Both the position numbers and the translations under genes were made by a program. Below are positions 40,939 to 52,011 of a DNA stretch of 64,000 nucleotides, one piece after another. The notes below the pieces were generated by a model. That model did not search any database. It worked only from the letters and a program-made list of their open reading frames with translations, and was not told the origin of the DNA. Source of the stretch: Owenia fusiformis (taxonomy: Eukaryota); NCBI GenBank assembly GCA_903813345.2, contig CAIIXF020000001.1, positions 42,594,001 to 42,658,000 on the forward strand, in the 5' to 3' direction. How positions within the stretch are numbered: the stretch's first letter is position 1; the number at the start of each line of letters is the position of its first letter.

Positions 40939-41058
40939 ATGCCTCATAGTTCTTCCTATTCATGCGAGTGTGGGAAGACATTCAGTCATGCAACCAGCAT
41001 GTATCGTCATAAGAGAATAGATCATGGACCTAAAAAACGTATCGTGGCGCCATCTTGA
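40939..41058 (+). CDS. 39-aa C2H2-type zinc-finger micro-ORF (below the ORF-track size cutoff)
   Basis: MPHSSSYSCECGKTFSHATSMYRHKRIDHGPKKRIVAPS*, i.e. Y-x-C-x-C-GKTF-x5-M-x2-H-x4-H followed by a basic PKKR. It is in the same frame as the ATPase. Confidence 0.7.
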   Translation: MPHSSSYSCECGKTFSHATSMYRHKRIDHGPKKRIVAPS

Positions 41059-41085
41059 TAACGGCATCATGGGGGATTTTATTCA

Positions 41086-42624
41086 ATGACAAACTTGGCA
41101 GCTAACCCATGCAATGGTGATAGGACAAAGATGCTTCACCATCCCTTTACGATGATGGTGGTTGGTCCAACAGGTTCGGGCAAGTCTACCTATGTCAGAG
41201 AACTCATAGAAAATATGGAGAAAAAGATAACCCCTCCCCCACAACGGATAATTTGGTGCTTCGGACAGTGGCAGCCCATGTACGTCGAAATAAAGACCCG
41301 CTTTCAAAATATAGAATTTATCATGGGAATTCCAGAGTCATTGGGTGACCAAAGTTTCCTGGATGTCAATGTTAGAAATCTAATCATTTTCGACGATCTA
41401 ATGGCTGATATGACTAAAGATAAGCGAATCTCTGAGCTCTACACTAAGGGTTCTCACCATAGAAATTTGAGTGTCATCTGTCTGATGCAGAATCTATTTC
41501 ATCATGGTCGTGAAAGCAGAACTATGAGCCTAAACTGCCACTACATAGTGTTGTATAAAAATCCTAGGGATCGCCAACAGGTGGCCGTATTAGCCCATCA
41601 GATGTATCCTGGAAATTCTAAGAAATTATTGGATGCTTACGAAAAGGCTACTCAACACCCATATGGATATCTACTGGTAGATCTGAAACAAGAAACTCCC
41701 GAAAATATGAGATTGTACGATGTTGCTGCAGCTACTATTGAACAACCAATAGGCGTATCTTCGGCACTTTATTCTCACGGCAAAGAGGACCAAACACCAA
41801 TATATAGCACAATACCGTGTAATAGCGTGGATATAAGAAGAGGCGTAAATTTAAATCAAGAACCATTCGATAAAATCAACCGAGCAAACTACAGTACAAC
41901 ACCCATCGCTGCAGAATCAAAGATGAATCCTGATCCGAGGATGTACTATATGGCGAATCCAACCATGTACAACACAATGAATCCAAGTATTGGTTACACG
42001 ATGAACAATCAACCTAACATACCTGCCACGACAATGTCTACCCCTCATTGTACGGATTGTGGTGTAGTGATGTTGTCACCACTCGACGTGAGGGAACACA
42101 GAAGGCATTGTCCCGAATTGAGGGAAAGTGATGAAAACGATGTCATGAGATGTGATTTCCATACTGAAGACTTGAAGGATAATGTAACTTTGAATCGCAT
42201 TAAAGATAAAGTAATCGATGAGCTACAAGATGATTGGGATGAACTGGTCGAGAAGTATAAAGAAAGAGGAATGTCATCCAAAAAAGCGGTTGAAAGAGTC
42301 AGACAGAAATCTGTGTTTGGTACCAGACAGCTATTCCTGAAACACTATGGAGAGCTTCTGTCATATATACTGGGGTTAAGGTACAGTGAAGTTCATCGTG
42401 ATATTATGGATGAAGTGGAGGCACTATTGGCGAAAGGCATGACTCAATCAAGAGCAGTCAAGAAAACACTAAACAAATATTCATATTTGGCTGGAGAATT
42501 GTTCGCTGATGATGAATCTACAAGTGAAGAGTCCAGTGATGAACAACAACAACAATCAGATAATGAAAAACATTCTACGAGCGAAGATGAATCTGATAGC
42601 GAGAGAAATGAGGACAATCGATGA
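41086..42624 (+). CDS. Maverick/Polinton A32/FtsK-like DNA-packaging ATPase with a long C-terminal extension (512 aa)
   Basis: Walker A GPTGSGKST, Walker B LIIFDD, TKGSHHRN, CLMQNLF and YGYLLVDL. The extension carries a CxxC-x12-H-x3-C motif, a helical domain and an acidic tail. AATAAA follows at ~42675. Confidence 0.9.
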   Translation: MTNLAANPCNGDRTKMLHHPFTMMVVGPTGSGKSTYVRELIENMEKKITPPPQRIIWCFGQWQPMYVEIKTRFQNIEFIMGIPESLGDQSFLDVNVRNLIIFDDLMADMTKDKRISELYTKGSHHRNLSVICLMQNLFHHGRESRTMSLNCHYIVLYKNPRDRQQVAVLAHQMYPGNSKKLLDAYEKATQHPYGYLLVDLKQETPENMRLYDVAAATIEQPIGVSSALYSHGKEDQTPIYSTIPCNSVDIRRGVNLNQEPFDKINRANYSTTPIAAESKMNPDPRMYYMANPTMYNTMNPSIGYTMNNQPNIPATTMSTPHCTDCGVVMLSPLDVREHRRHCPELRESDENDVMRCDFHTEDLKDNVTLNRIKDKVIDELQDDWDELVEKYKERGMSSKKAVERVRQKSVFGTRQLFLKHYGELLSYILGLRYSEVHRDIMDEVEALLAKGMTQSRAVKKTLNKYSYLAGELFADDESTSEESSDEQQQQSDNEKHSTSEDESDSERNEDNR

Positions 42625-42923
42625 TATACCCAGCAGACTGGATCTAAAAGAAACACATTGTACGAGTATTAGTAAATAAATATATAAATGTTTTTGTTAA
42701 AATTAATCTACCCTCTTTTAGAATTATAGCGTGCTACCTCTGAAGTATTGGATATACACTCCCTTCCACAATGCTATGTTACAAGCAAATTCTCCCTTAT
42801 ATGTAAGAAAGTTATTTATTATGATCATGATATAATGAATGTTTCTTATAATAACAAAACTAGAAAAATATACATTTATCACTGTTTTATTGCCTAATTC
42901 AAAATAGAAAAATGACAATTATA

Positions 42924-43304
42924 TCAGTCCTGTTTCATTTTCCTCCCTCTCGCAGGGATACCTGGTGGTCTATACAAGTCCAATCTGGTTTTTCTAATGT
43001 TTTTCTTCTTAAACACTGCTTTGGAAACAGCATCTTTACGCGGTTTCTTAAGTTTGTACACCTTGGTATGATAGGGATCATTTTCTTCCACCTTCTTCTT
43101 TTGATGCTCTATTTGGGCTTTAGCTCTGTCAACAACTGCTTGCATCGGAGATACCACCCGAACGGGTTCTTTGATTGCGCTGACAGGTACGTAGCTCGCA
43201 CGATTTTTTCCGAAGCCTACTTGCGTCGACAGTCTATTCTCTCTGGCTGCTTTGATTAACCTGTGCCACTTTTCCGCGTTGTCTACATAGGGTACCAGCT
43301 TCAT
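42924..43304 (-). CDS. Small basic (K/R-rich) Maverick protein, 126 aa; candidate core/DNA-condensing protein
   Basis: Intact ORF with good start context (GGACCATGA). TATATAAG lies ~65 bp upstream and AATAAA ~35 bp after the stop. It is convergent with the ATPase and contains QVGFG and VVSPMQAVVDRAK. Confidence 0.7.
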   Translation of the reverse strand: MKLVPYVDNAEKWHRLIKAARENRLSTQVGFGKNRASYVPVSAIKEPVRVVSPMQAVVDRAKAQIEHQKKKVEENDPYHTKVYKLKKPRKDAVSKAVFKKKNIRKTRLDLYRPPGIPARGRKMKQD

Positions 43305-43481
43305 GGTCCTGTGATGTCTCTAGTAATGTGAACGGTGAAGAAATGCGTTGAAACTATTATCAGCCTTATATATAATATTATATTGAGGAATCGAATTTTT
43401 AACTTTCTGTACTTAATCACACTGACATCTATTTATATCATTGCGGAAGTTAACTCTGTGAAAGCATTGTCTGGATGGGCA

Positions 43482-45149
43482 AAACAGCCAGGATAGACAT
43501 TGAGTGACGTAGGCTGTCGTATTATGTTAATGTGGGTTGCTTTGACCTCCGGATTTCCTGTTGTGATGGTATTTCCAATACTACGCTAAGAAAAACAAAA
43601 AAATCCGAGCATGTAGTGTACATACGAAGAACTATATTTTTTAATGTTTGCTGTAATTTCCCGTGTCATTTAATGTACATATATCCATTTCACTATAGGG
43701 ATTTTCAATCCATAGAAACGCTGACTATTGCTTGTAAAATTTAAGTAAGTATCTTCCATTTTATCGAGTCTAAACAACAATACATCTTAAAGTAGTCATA
43801 TGTGAAAGAATTGTCTTGATTCTTTTTTACATGAATCTCGCCACTTCGTTAAGGATTCTTTGTTTTTGTAAAATATCAGATTTCTTCAGAACTTTAACAC
43901 ATTATTGTCCCGTTGTTGTGAGACTATATACTTATTTTAATGATTTTGAACTGAGAACTGGAACCTAAATAGTTATATTTGGGTAATTAATCTTCAGATA
44001 TATGCCAAGAATGATCAAATAGTTTATGTGTTTAGCTAGCTTATACATCAATAGTTTAGAGAATACATGACGAAGCGAATACTCTGAAACGCATTACAAA
44101 CGTTTTGCCTATTCAAAATCAAAGCAAAAGTATTCTATTATGTCTTTAAAAATGACAGAGAATTTTGCATGCCTAGCTTTACGACTTTGTTCCATTGCCT
44201 AATTTTGGAATGTAGAAAGTAAAGTCCATAGTTTGTCGGGGTTACGGAAGTGTGGGGGTGTGGGAAATCTCGTATTTCATCCAGCATTGGATAATACGTT
44301 CGAGAAACGTTGAACATTATCATCCAGTAGGTCCTATATGACCAGGGATGGGGGCGTTGGAACTGTGGGGGTGTAGGAAATCTCTTCACCCGGCGTCGGA
44401 GAATACGTTTGAGAAACGTTGGTAGGATGTTGATATGTGACATACAGATTTCTTGCTGTGATGGTATTCCCATACTAGGCAAACAAAGAACAAATATGTA
44501 GTAACAACGTTTCTATCTATTTCCATATTCATTGTAATGAGTGCCAAACCTCTATCCATTTTGTATTTTATAATCTAGGCTATATAGTCACTTTTTATAG
44601 AGGTAATAGGTAACAGATAAATCATTTGTCATTTGGTTTTATTATCTTATCAATTGTCTCCGAAAGTCAACCGAACGATCGGAGAGTATCAATCATCCAC
44701 GGAACACTGACGTCAAAAAGACGTTTGGATATCGTCTAAACGTTCGAGAATCGTTTTACTTTTACGAAACTGTATCATTCGTATTTGACCAAGCAGAGCT
44801 TCTCATCCGAGAAAATTCACACTGACCTCACTCCGGAAGTCAAGCGACCAATCAGTCATCCACGGAAGTCAAACGTTCGGGAAACGTTTGGGAATCCCGT
44901 ATTACGTTGGGGTACGATCGAGAAACGTTGGGGAATCCCATATTTCATCAGATTTCATCATCGGGTCCTATAGGACGGAACCATGAAAGACGTCACTAAA
45001 CTGTAGGTTCCAGTCTCCAGTCTCCATGCGGCCCCGTGGGTAAGGCGTAGGCGTACGTAGGCGTAACGTTCGGTAATCGTCTGGGGTCAAAGTTCGTGCC
45101 TGATTTGGTGCCTAAAATTGCATTATCATTTACTCGGACTATTACTACT
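43482..45149 (-). repeat. Right TIR of the Maverick
   Basis: Mirror of 38067-39713. The ORF track shows near-identical peptides in both arms. Confidence 0.92.
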
Positions 45150-47671
45150 CATAGTATTACTGTTTGTATTATTAATCTCTACGATTTTTCAATAGGCTAA
45201 CTCAGTCAGTGAATGCAGGATTAAAACACAACACACATGAGTAATTCACCCACCTATGCATGTTATTATTGAAAAACATTGCCATCTTTTACATCACTCC
45301 TAAATTATTTTTGTAAACATGCATTTTAAGAGGTTCATTTTTTCAAAAAAAACACAAAAACAAACTTCATGGAGTTCCTTACATATTTTACTTGATGAAA
45401 CATGTGTTCAAGTACAATGTAACTTTGCATGAAAAATTGTAAAAAAAATGAGGGACGATAGTGAAAATGACGAATGTATTTTGAAAAAGCTTGTTGATGG
45501 GTGGATTAAACATGGATTATAAGATAATCCAATTGATCTGGAAACTATTCTTTGAACTTTTCTTGAAGATTATAGATTCGCCTTTCCCAAGCATTTACTT
45601 TTTACAGCTAGAAACTACTCACAAAAAAATTATCAACTGTCAAAATTATCAAAAGTCTGTTGCAATACTTTCCCTGCTCCTTTGAGAAAATTGACCAGCT
45701 TTGTGAAAATATCAAAAATAAATATTTTGGCTGTTCCATTAGTCTGCCTCCTATTTATACCCCATGTCCCTCTTTAGCTCTATGGTCAGAACAACTGATG
45801 CCATGTTGATTGATTCTAACACGTGTGTAATAGATACTAAAGAGAACATTAAAGACTATAGGTTGTCTTTAATAGTCAATTATGTAATTAACATGCAGCG
45901 TTGTGTTCTACCCTATAACCTAGAATAACGTCTTTGAATACCGAATTTAGACTAGAACTCCCGGTGATTAACCTTTGCTAGGTTATCACACTACAAAGGT
46001 CAGATACAAATGGCAATTTAAGAACTGAGCTTTCTCATGTGGTGCTTTCAAATTGAAGTTTATTTTCAGTTTATCATCAAAAGAATATATGATTATTGAT
46101 CATGTTTTGTGAGCAGTATTATCTGACCTTTTTATCCCCTCTTCGTCTCTTTTCCAACCTCATATAACCTTACATTTGACAGATAATGGACACAATGAAA
46201 TTACGAAGGGAGGGACACATTTTTGTGAATGAATTACTGTGATGACAATGAACAAACATAGTTTTCAAACTGTTAAAACAAATAATCAAATAGATGGATA
46301 CATAGAGACCTACTTATTTTGATAGCTATGACAAAGACTCAAAGTGAACTATATGACGCTTGGAAATCGTTGTGCAAAAACAGTGTTAGAAGCAATGCCT
46401 TCAAGATGTGTTTTGTGTTTAAGATAAGCTGCACGGTATCTTTAATATATGTGTCCATATTTTATTGTACAAAGATACACAGGTATTAGAATCTCAACTC
46501 AATTTCCAAGTTGCGATTTATTTCTAGGATTGAATGTACTAGAATCTGAATGCAAGTTAATTCAAGGCACATAATACGTGATCTGCGACAAATGATTCGT
46601 CAATAATTAGAACTGATAGAGGTTCTGATTAAAAGTCAAACAGATAATGAATACAAATACATTATCGAGGATGACAAAAATAAAACAAAGTATCATCCCC
46701 AATGTATTAGTGATTGAGAAATAGCAATAGCCATTTTCTGCGCAATTCCAGACATGACTTCATTGAAAACGAGATACTTGATATCATACTTACCATTTGA
46801 ACAATTCATATTAATTGTGATCCGTGTTCTCTACGGTATGTCACATCAATTATTTATAACTATTGAGAACTTAGTTTGGAAATGTATTTCATTCGTTTTA
46901 GATGATGGAATAGCCATGATAGCAGATCATTAAAGCTCGAGAATCGGTACAGCTGATACAAATAATGATAAAACTTCGTTACCTTTTTGAACAGGTAGGG
47001 AGCGTATGTTAGACATTGTTATTGTGCATTGGATCATATTTTGGGGATATTGGGGGATTATCCATATGACTGGTCATTTTATCATGTTTTGCATCTGTGT
47101 TTTGGAGAACGTTTTGGTCTCCCTTTCTTAACTAATTATGCTTACGCATTGACGCCATATTCCCATTTTTAATATCACGATACATCTTGGCTCTCGAACA
47201 CAGTGAAGACCAAACGTGCATGATGAAGACAGAAAGTACATCTGTATCGACCAAATAATACCATAAAGATATGGTCATATGGATATATTACTTCTTCTAA
47301 ACTAGGGTATTGTACAATTTACATTCGTTCGACTTCGCTTCTTAAAAGAGAGCTTCGTCTTTAGTTTATAACCAGACTCTGCGCGCATGGTAAGGCCATT
47401 GCACCTGTGTTATGTTAATAACGATACGGTCTTATTGTTAGATTTAGATCGAGATAATGGTACCTGAATGTTGGAAAGGGGGCTACAAAGGTACTTTTTC
47501 TTAGCATGTTTGATCCTCGCTTGGGATATTGTGGTTTTGTTTCCTTATAACTGGTTGTACTCATTGTGTTACTTTTCTATTAGTGTCTTATTATAGCTTT
47601 TGGTCGTTCTTTAAACTTATGGCACATATGCTTGAAAATTTAATGTAACATATAAATTCTACCTTTGAAGG

Positions 47672-47983
47672 CTAATTGGTGATTAGACTGCATCACTTAC
47701 TGGAAACTATCTTCTCAAAATTGATGTTCAATGAGACTTTATTGAAGCCCTTTTATTGTATTTTCGATTTTCTTTGCACCTGTCTATGTAATTCTTACAG
47801 ATCGTAAATGAATTCATTAAATTAGATTCCTGCATTGTACAATAGCCTATTGCTCTTTAGAGAAGGGAATCCAGACGATCCGTTTCTAATGAGCAATTAA
47901 AGCAAACAGTAAAATACTTCAGAAGTAAAAAATAAGTTAAGGGATATCCGGTGTTTTGTTAGTTTATGCGTTCAATCGAAAAT
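47672..47983 (+). repeat. Dispersed ~310-bp direct repeat, copy 1 (copy 2 at 56206-56540)
   Basis: Shared blocks include gtgattaga(c/t)tgcatcactta, gagactttattgaag, ctttgcacctgtctatg, tgctctttagagaagggaa and gatatccggtg. Confidence 0.8.
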
Positions 47984-48342
47984 CGAGACGCTCTTCATTA
48001 GAAGAATCATTAGACGTTACTAATCTAATAAAAGTGGAATTTACTAGTCGCTATAGCTTCCTTAATCCACAAATGGAATGGTCACGTAATAGTCAGGTAT
48101 GGACTAATAGCAATGAGCCATGGTTGTTTCACAGCCACTGCTATTTTCTACTCCTATCACAAAATGACAATGGTTGGTTGATATAAAACGAGACAGTTGT
48201 ATAGGATACAACAAAACAGGGATCAAACGGTAAACATTTGTAAACTATCTCAAAAGAGACATAGATCCAAAATTAGATAATCAATCCATTAACATTGGAC
48301 AACAGTCCTACATAGTATGTTGTACTCTAAAATAATGCAGTT

Positions 48343-48975
48343 TTTAGCTCACATGGTGAGCTTTTGCAATCACTCACTTGTCCGTCTGTCTGTCTGTCAG
48401 TGCGTGCGTCCGTCCGTCCGTCGACAATAGTGGCACGTTTTAAAACCTCTGTCGATAGGATTCCCGTTTAAGTTATTTTTGTTCAACATCAATACAGAAA
48501 ACTCCCCTATGACTCCTTGTTCAAAAGCTCGCCTATTTTTAAGATGGGCGCCATTTTTGTCTCGTTAAATTCATTTTTGACCCATTTCCTAGCTTTACAA
48601 ATAATTCCAGGTGTCCTGCATTGTTAAAATCCATGTCAATGTGAGGAGTAGTTGTATGAAATAATTTTGTTACAAAAAATCAACATCAATACAGAAAACT
48701 CCCCTATAACTCCAGGTCATCCTCCTCGCCTATTTTCAAGATGGCCGCCATTTTTGTCTCGCGATTTTAATTTTTGGCCCATTTCCTAGCTTTACAAATA
48801 GATTCAGGTGTCCAGCATTGTAAAAAGTTATGTCAATGTGAAGAGTACTTGTATGAAATAATTTTGTTGCAACAAATCAGCAAAAGGTTATATCCGTTTT
48901 TTTATTTGTTGTCATTTTAGCCATCATTCACTTTTGAGCAACACCATGTGAGCCCAGTACCCACGGTACTATTTT
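48343..48975 (+). mobile_element. Helentron-associated non-autonomous element (HINE) with two ~197-bp core repeats
   Basis: T-rich ends; 5' agctcacatggtgagct (sub-TIR plus inverted repeat); gtct/gtcc microsatellite; core repeats at 48484 and 48681; 3' sub-TIR accatgtgagc followed by the hairpin agtacc-cac-ggtact. Confidence 0.85.
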
Positions 48976-49665
48976 TACGTTCTTATATTCTTATATATTA
49001 GATTTGTTATTGCGTGAACATCACAATCATCCGAGTCATACGTTCCAGTTCTCACCTATCCCACAATAAAATGCGTTTATTATCCACAATTCATTTTCTT
49101 ATTTGCTGATTATAACATTGTTTTATTGGTTTCATTAGGCACGCAAATGTTTCCCAATGGTCCCATAAAATAACTTTTTCATTTCAATTGTGTTTCCAAT
49201 TCAAGACAAATAGAGACCATCAAATTAATCGGTCTTCCAAATTTAGGTCTCATCTACTGGTGAAGGTCCCTAGTGATATTAATCAAGTTCTTAGCAAGAG
49301 AGATAGCTTTGCTTTAAAATTAAAGCCAAGAATTCTAACGGAACTACAATTCTTGAGATATCTAAATACAACACTCGATTTCTTAATTTTGAATGTTCAT
49401 CAATAGTTCTTTTTAATGCCATAAGCTCACTCAAACTCTCAATGAAATAACTAATAGATAGTGCTCATAAATTTTTTATACTAGAAGTTGCAAAGGGATC
49501 GTAAACTGTGATTATATTTCTGTATTGAAACCTGGAGTTCTGCTAATGATCTGAACTCTATGTGGTAAAAGTTGTATATACTATGGTAGAATACTAGTAT
49601 TCTATTTTTCAGGAGATATGGTAATCCATGGGCTGACTATGGCCAATCCTAAGCTAAGCTCCTAT

Positions 49666-50274
49666 CAGTGGCAGATCCAGCAATTAACAAGAGGGGGCAA
49701 ATTTTGAGTCTGCAAAAATTGTGGGCCCCTCAAACCAAAATTAGGCCCAAGTTTTGAAAAATTAAGGCCCATTATTGATAACTCGGCCCAAAAAAGGCCT
49801 AAAATTAAGCCCTAGCCCATTTTTGAGCCCTACAATCATTTTTGGGCCCAAAAACTAAAAACAAGTTCTGCCAGGTCCACTAAAGGGAGTCGGGCCCCAT
49901 GGGCTCCCTCCCCCTTCAATATGCGCCCCTAAAACCAAAAATTAGGCCCACGTTTTGAAAGTAAGGTTTTTCTAAAAATTGGCCAAATTATGCCCTAAGA
50001 GACACATTTTTGAGGCCCTACAAACATTTTTGGGCCCAAAAACTAAAAAAAAGTTCTGCCAGGTCCACTAAAGGGGTCGGGCCCCATGGGCCCCCTCCCC
50101 CTTCAATATGCATCCTAAAACCAAAAATTAGGCCTACGTTTTGAAAAATTAAGGCCCATTTTTCTAAAAATCGGCCAAAAAGGCCAAATTAAGACACATT
50201 TTTGAGGCCCTACAAATATTTTGGTGCCCAAAAACTAAAAGAAATCCGCATGGGCCCGCACGGATCCGCCAATG
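49666..50274. mobile_element. hAT-like MITE with a 5-bp TSD and internal ~180-bp tandem repeats
   Basis: Ends are CAGTGGCAGATCC and GGATCCGCCAATG. TSD CCTAT at 49661-65 and 50275-79. About three internal units start aaaccaaaattaggcc. Confidence 0.8.
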
Positions 50275-52011
50275 CCTATGCTCGGCACTGTGTGAAATTG
50301 AAATTAGAGTCAGAATTTATGCTTTGCTAATTTGGGAACTTTCTACCTATTACTACACACCTATCAAATATATACGTATATATAATATTGAATTACTAGT
50401 TTTCTATTAATGGTTCATCCAAACAAAGTAGATTATAAATCAGTCTGTTTTGTACTTTTGAACCTTCATCGTCATGACTGCCGATTGCTGAACATGGTTT
50501 AGGATACCTAGCACTATGGCTGACTCTGACTGCAAAATTAAAAGTTCTCAAATGCCGTGGGTGTTTGAGCAAGTATTTGTGGTAGTGTTGTCTTACTACC
50601 GTTCCCCAGCACAATGAATGAAACAAAGTGTAACAACTTAACTTTCAGGGACCATTGTCGCAATCCCAAAACAACAAGACCATGAGATTTTGCTTCATCA
50701 TACCTAAGTCATTTACAATACATATGAAGAGCAAAACCGATTCCAATGCTCTTGACATTATAAAAAAGTTGCAGGTACTGGATTTGTATCAAACAAGATC
50801 TGAGGCTAAGGCAATCGGCATCTAATCTTGAATCAATTTCCTTTCCGAAAAAAAAACAAACCGGAAGAAAATCAAATGGTAACTATTTTTACCAGAACAT
50901 CAAATCAAATATTTCAATAATATATTGTCAAATATAAATGTTACGAAATGCTACAAAGTGCTTAGACACCTGGCCCAGTGTTATACTTTAACTCATATTC
51001 CCCTGTCATCCAAGATAAATAATACATACATATCTGAAAAACAATTGGATAACATATTGAAAACTGAAATCAGAATGAAAAAAGCTTCTCTGGTGGCATT
51101 CATTGCAAAATATGATCGACCAAAAAACCTTTAGAAGGTGTAATAAATAAAAAACCAATTAAGGGTTAATAAGATTGTTGGAGATTTTGAACCTGGATTT
51201 TACCTGTTCAAAATATCTGAGACGAATTCATATATCTTGCGAGTAGTTTGTATATTATTGTCTACAGCTATTTATGAGGATATTCTATTCTTATAAACTC
51301 CTAGTCAACGTTATACTGATATATCATTTAACCCTGTGGTACTTTATGGCACTTTATAGCGTATTTCCCATGTGCATTCTGGATCTCATCTTGTTGGGGC
51401 AAATAAACCCAAGTCAGTCCTAAGCTAAGTTATTACACCGGCATAAACAACAACAGGTTCCGCGACGTGTGCACGTCGTCGATGAACCATTCCAATCAAT
51501 AATCTTGCTTGCTTTTGTTCTTGGCTTGTCTTCATCACCATGTTTAAGAGGATTTAGATATTCTGTGAAGATTAATTAGGGAGCTTTTTGAATCTTGATA
51601 TCCGTAATGGGTCTCTGATTTTTAAACCTTGTTGTGTCTCGTACACGTTAATCATAATCACTATTTGAAAGATTACTAATGGAATAAAATAAAATAAAAT
51701 AGAAAAAACAACTATTCAGGAAACAAAAGAATCACCTTCACGAAAGTTACAGAATGCTGATATTTTAGAAACTTTTAGAAATATCAATACGATGGATCAT
51801 GATTTGTGTATGCTGTCATGTTCTTATATATGATGTATCATGTCACAAAAATAACGTTTGGGGTTAATACATTACATCCATGTTGTCACAAATGCATCCT
51901 TATTGATATTGACAATACATTCGAAACATAACAAACCACTGGGCAGCTCATGCGAATATTAAAATGCCCCTTTTTGTAAAACATTTTGAACGATAAAAAA
52001 AATATCAATAA

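Larger units (their letters stand above)
38067..45149. mobile_element. Non-autonomous (mini) Maverick/Polinton, 7,083 bp
   Basis: Termini are AGTAGTAATAGTCCGAG and CTCGGACTATTACTACT. 6-bp TSD CATAGT at 38061-66 and 45150-55. TIRs are ~1.65 kb and the element encodes an A32-like packaging ATPase. Confidence 0.93.
34685..45681. mobile_element. Older TIR element (Kolobok-like ends) whose ~300-bp TIRs bracket the Transib MITE and the Maverick
   Basis: 34685-34988 is the diverged reverse complement of 45371-45681. The ends atga|aagagcgaggg and ccctgctcct|ttga resemble a decayed TTAA|AGG...CCT|TTAA. Confidence 0.55.

Noticed and set aside
42045..43259. Antisense ORFs overlapping the ATPase and the basic protein
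   Set aside because: These are shadow frames of the better-supported genes.
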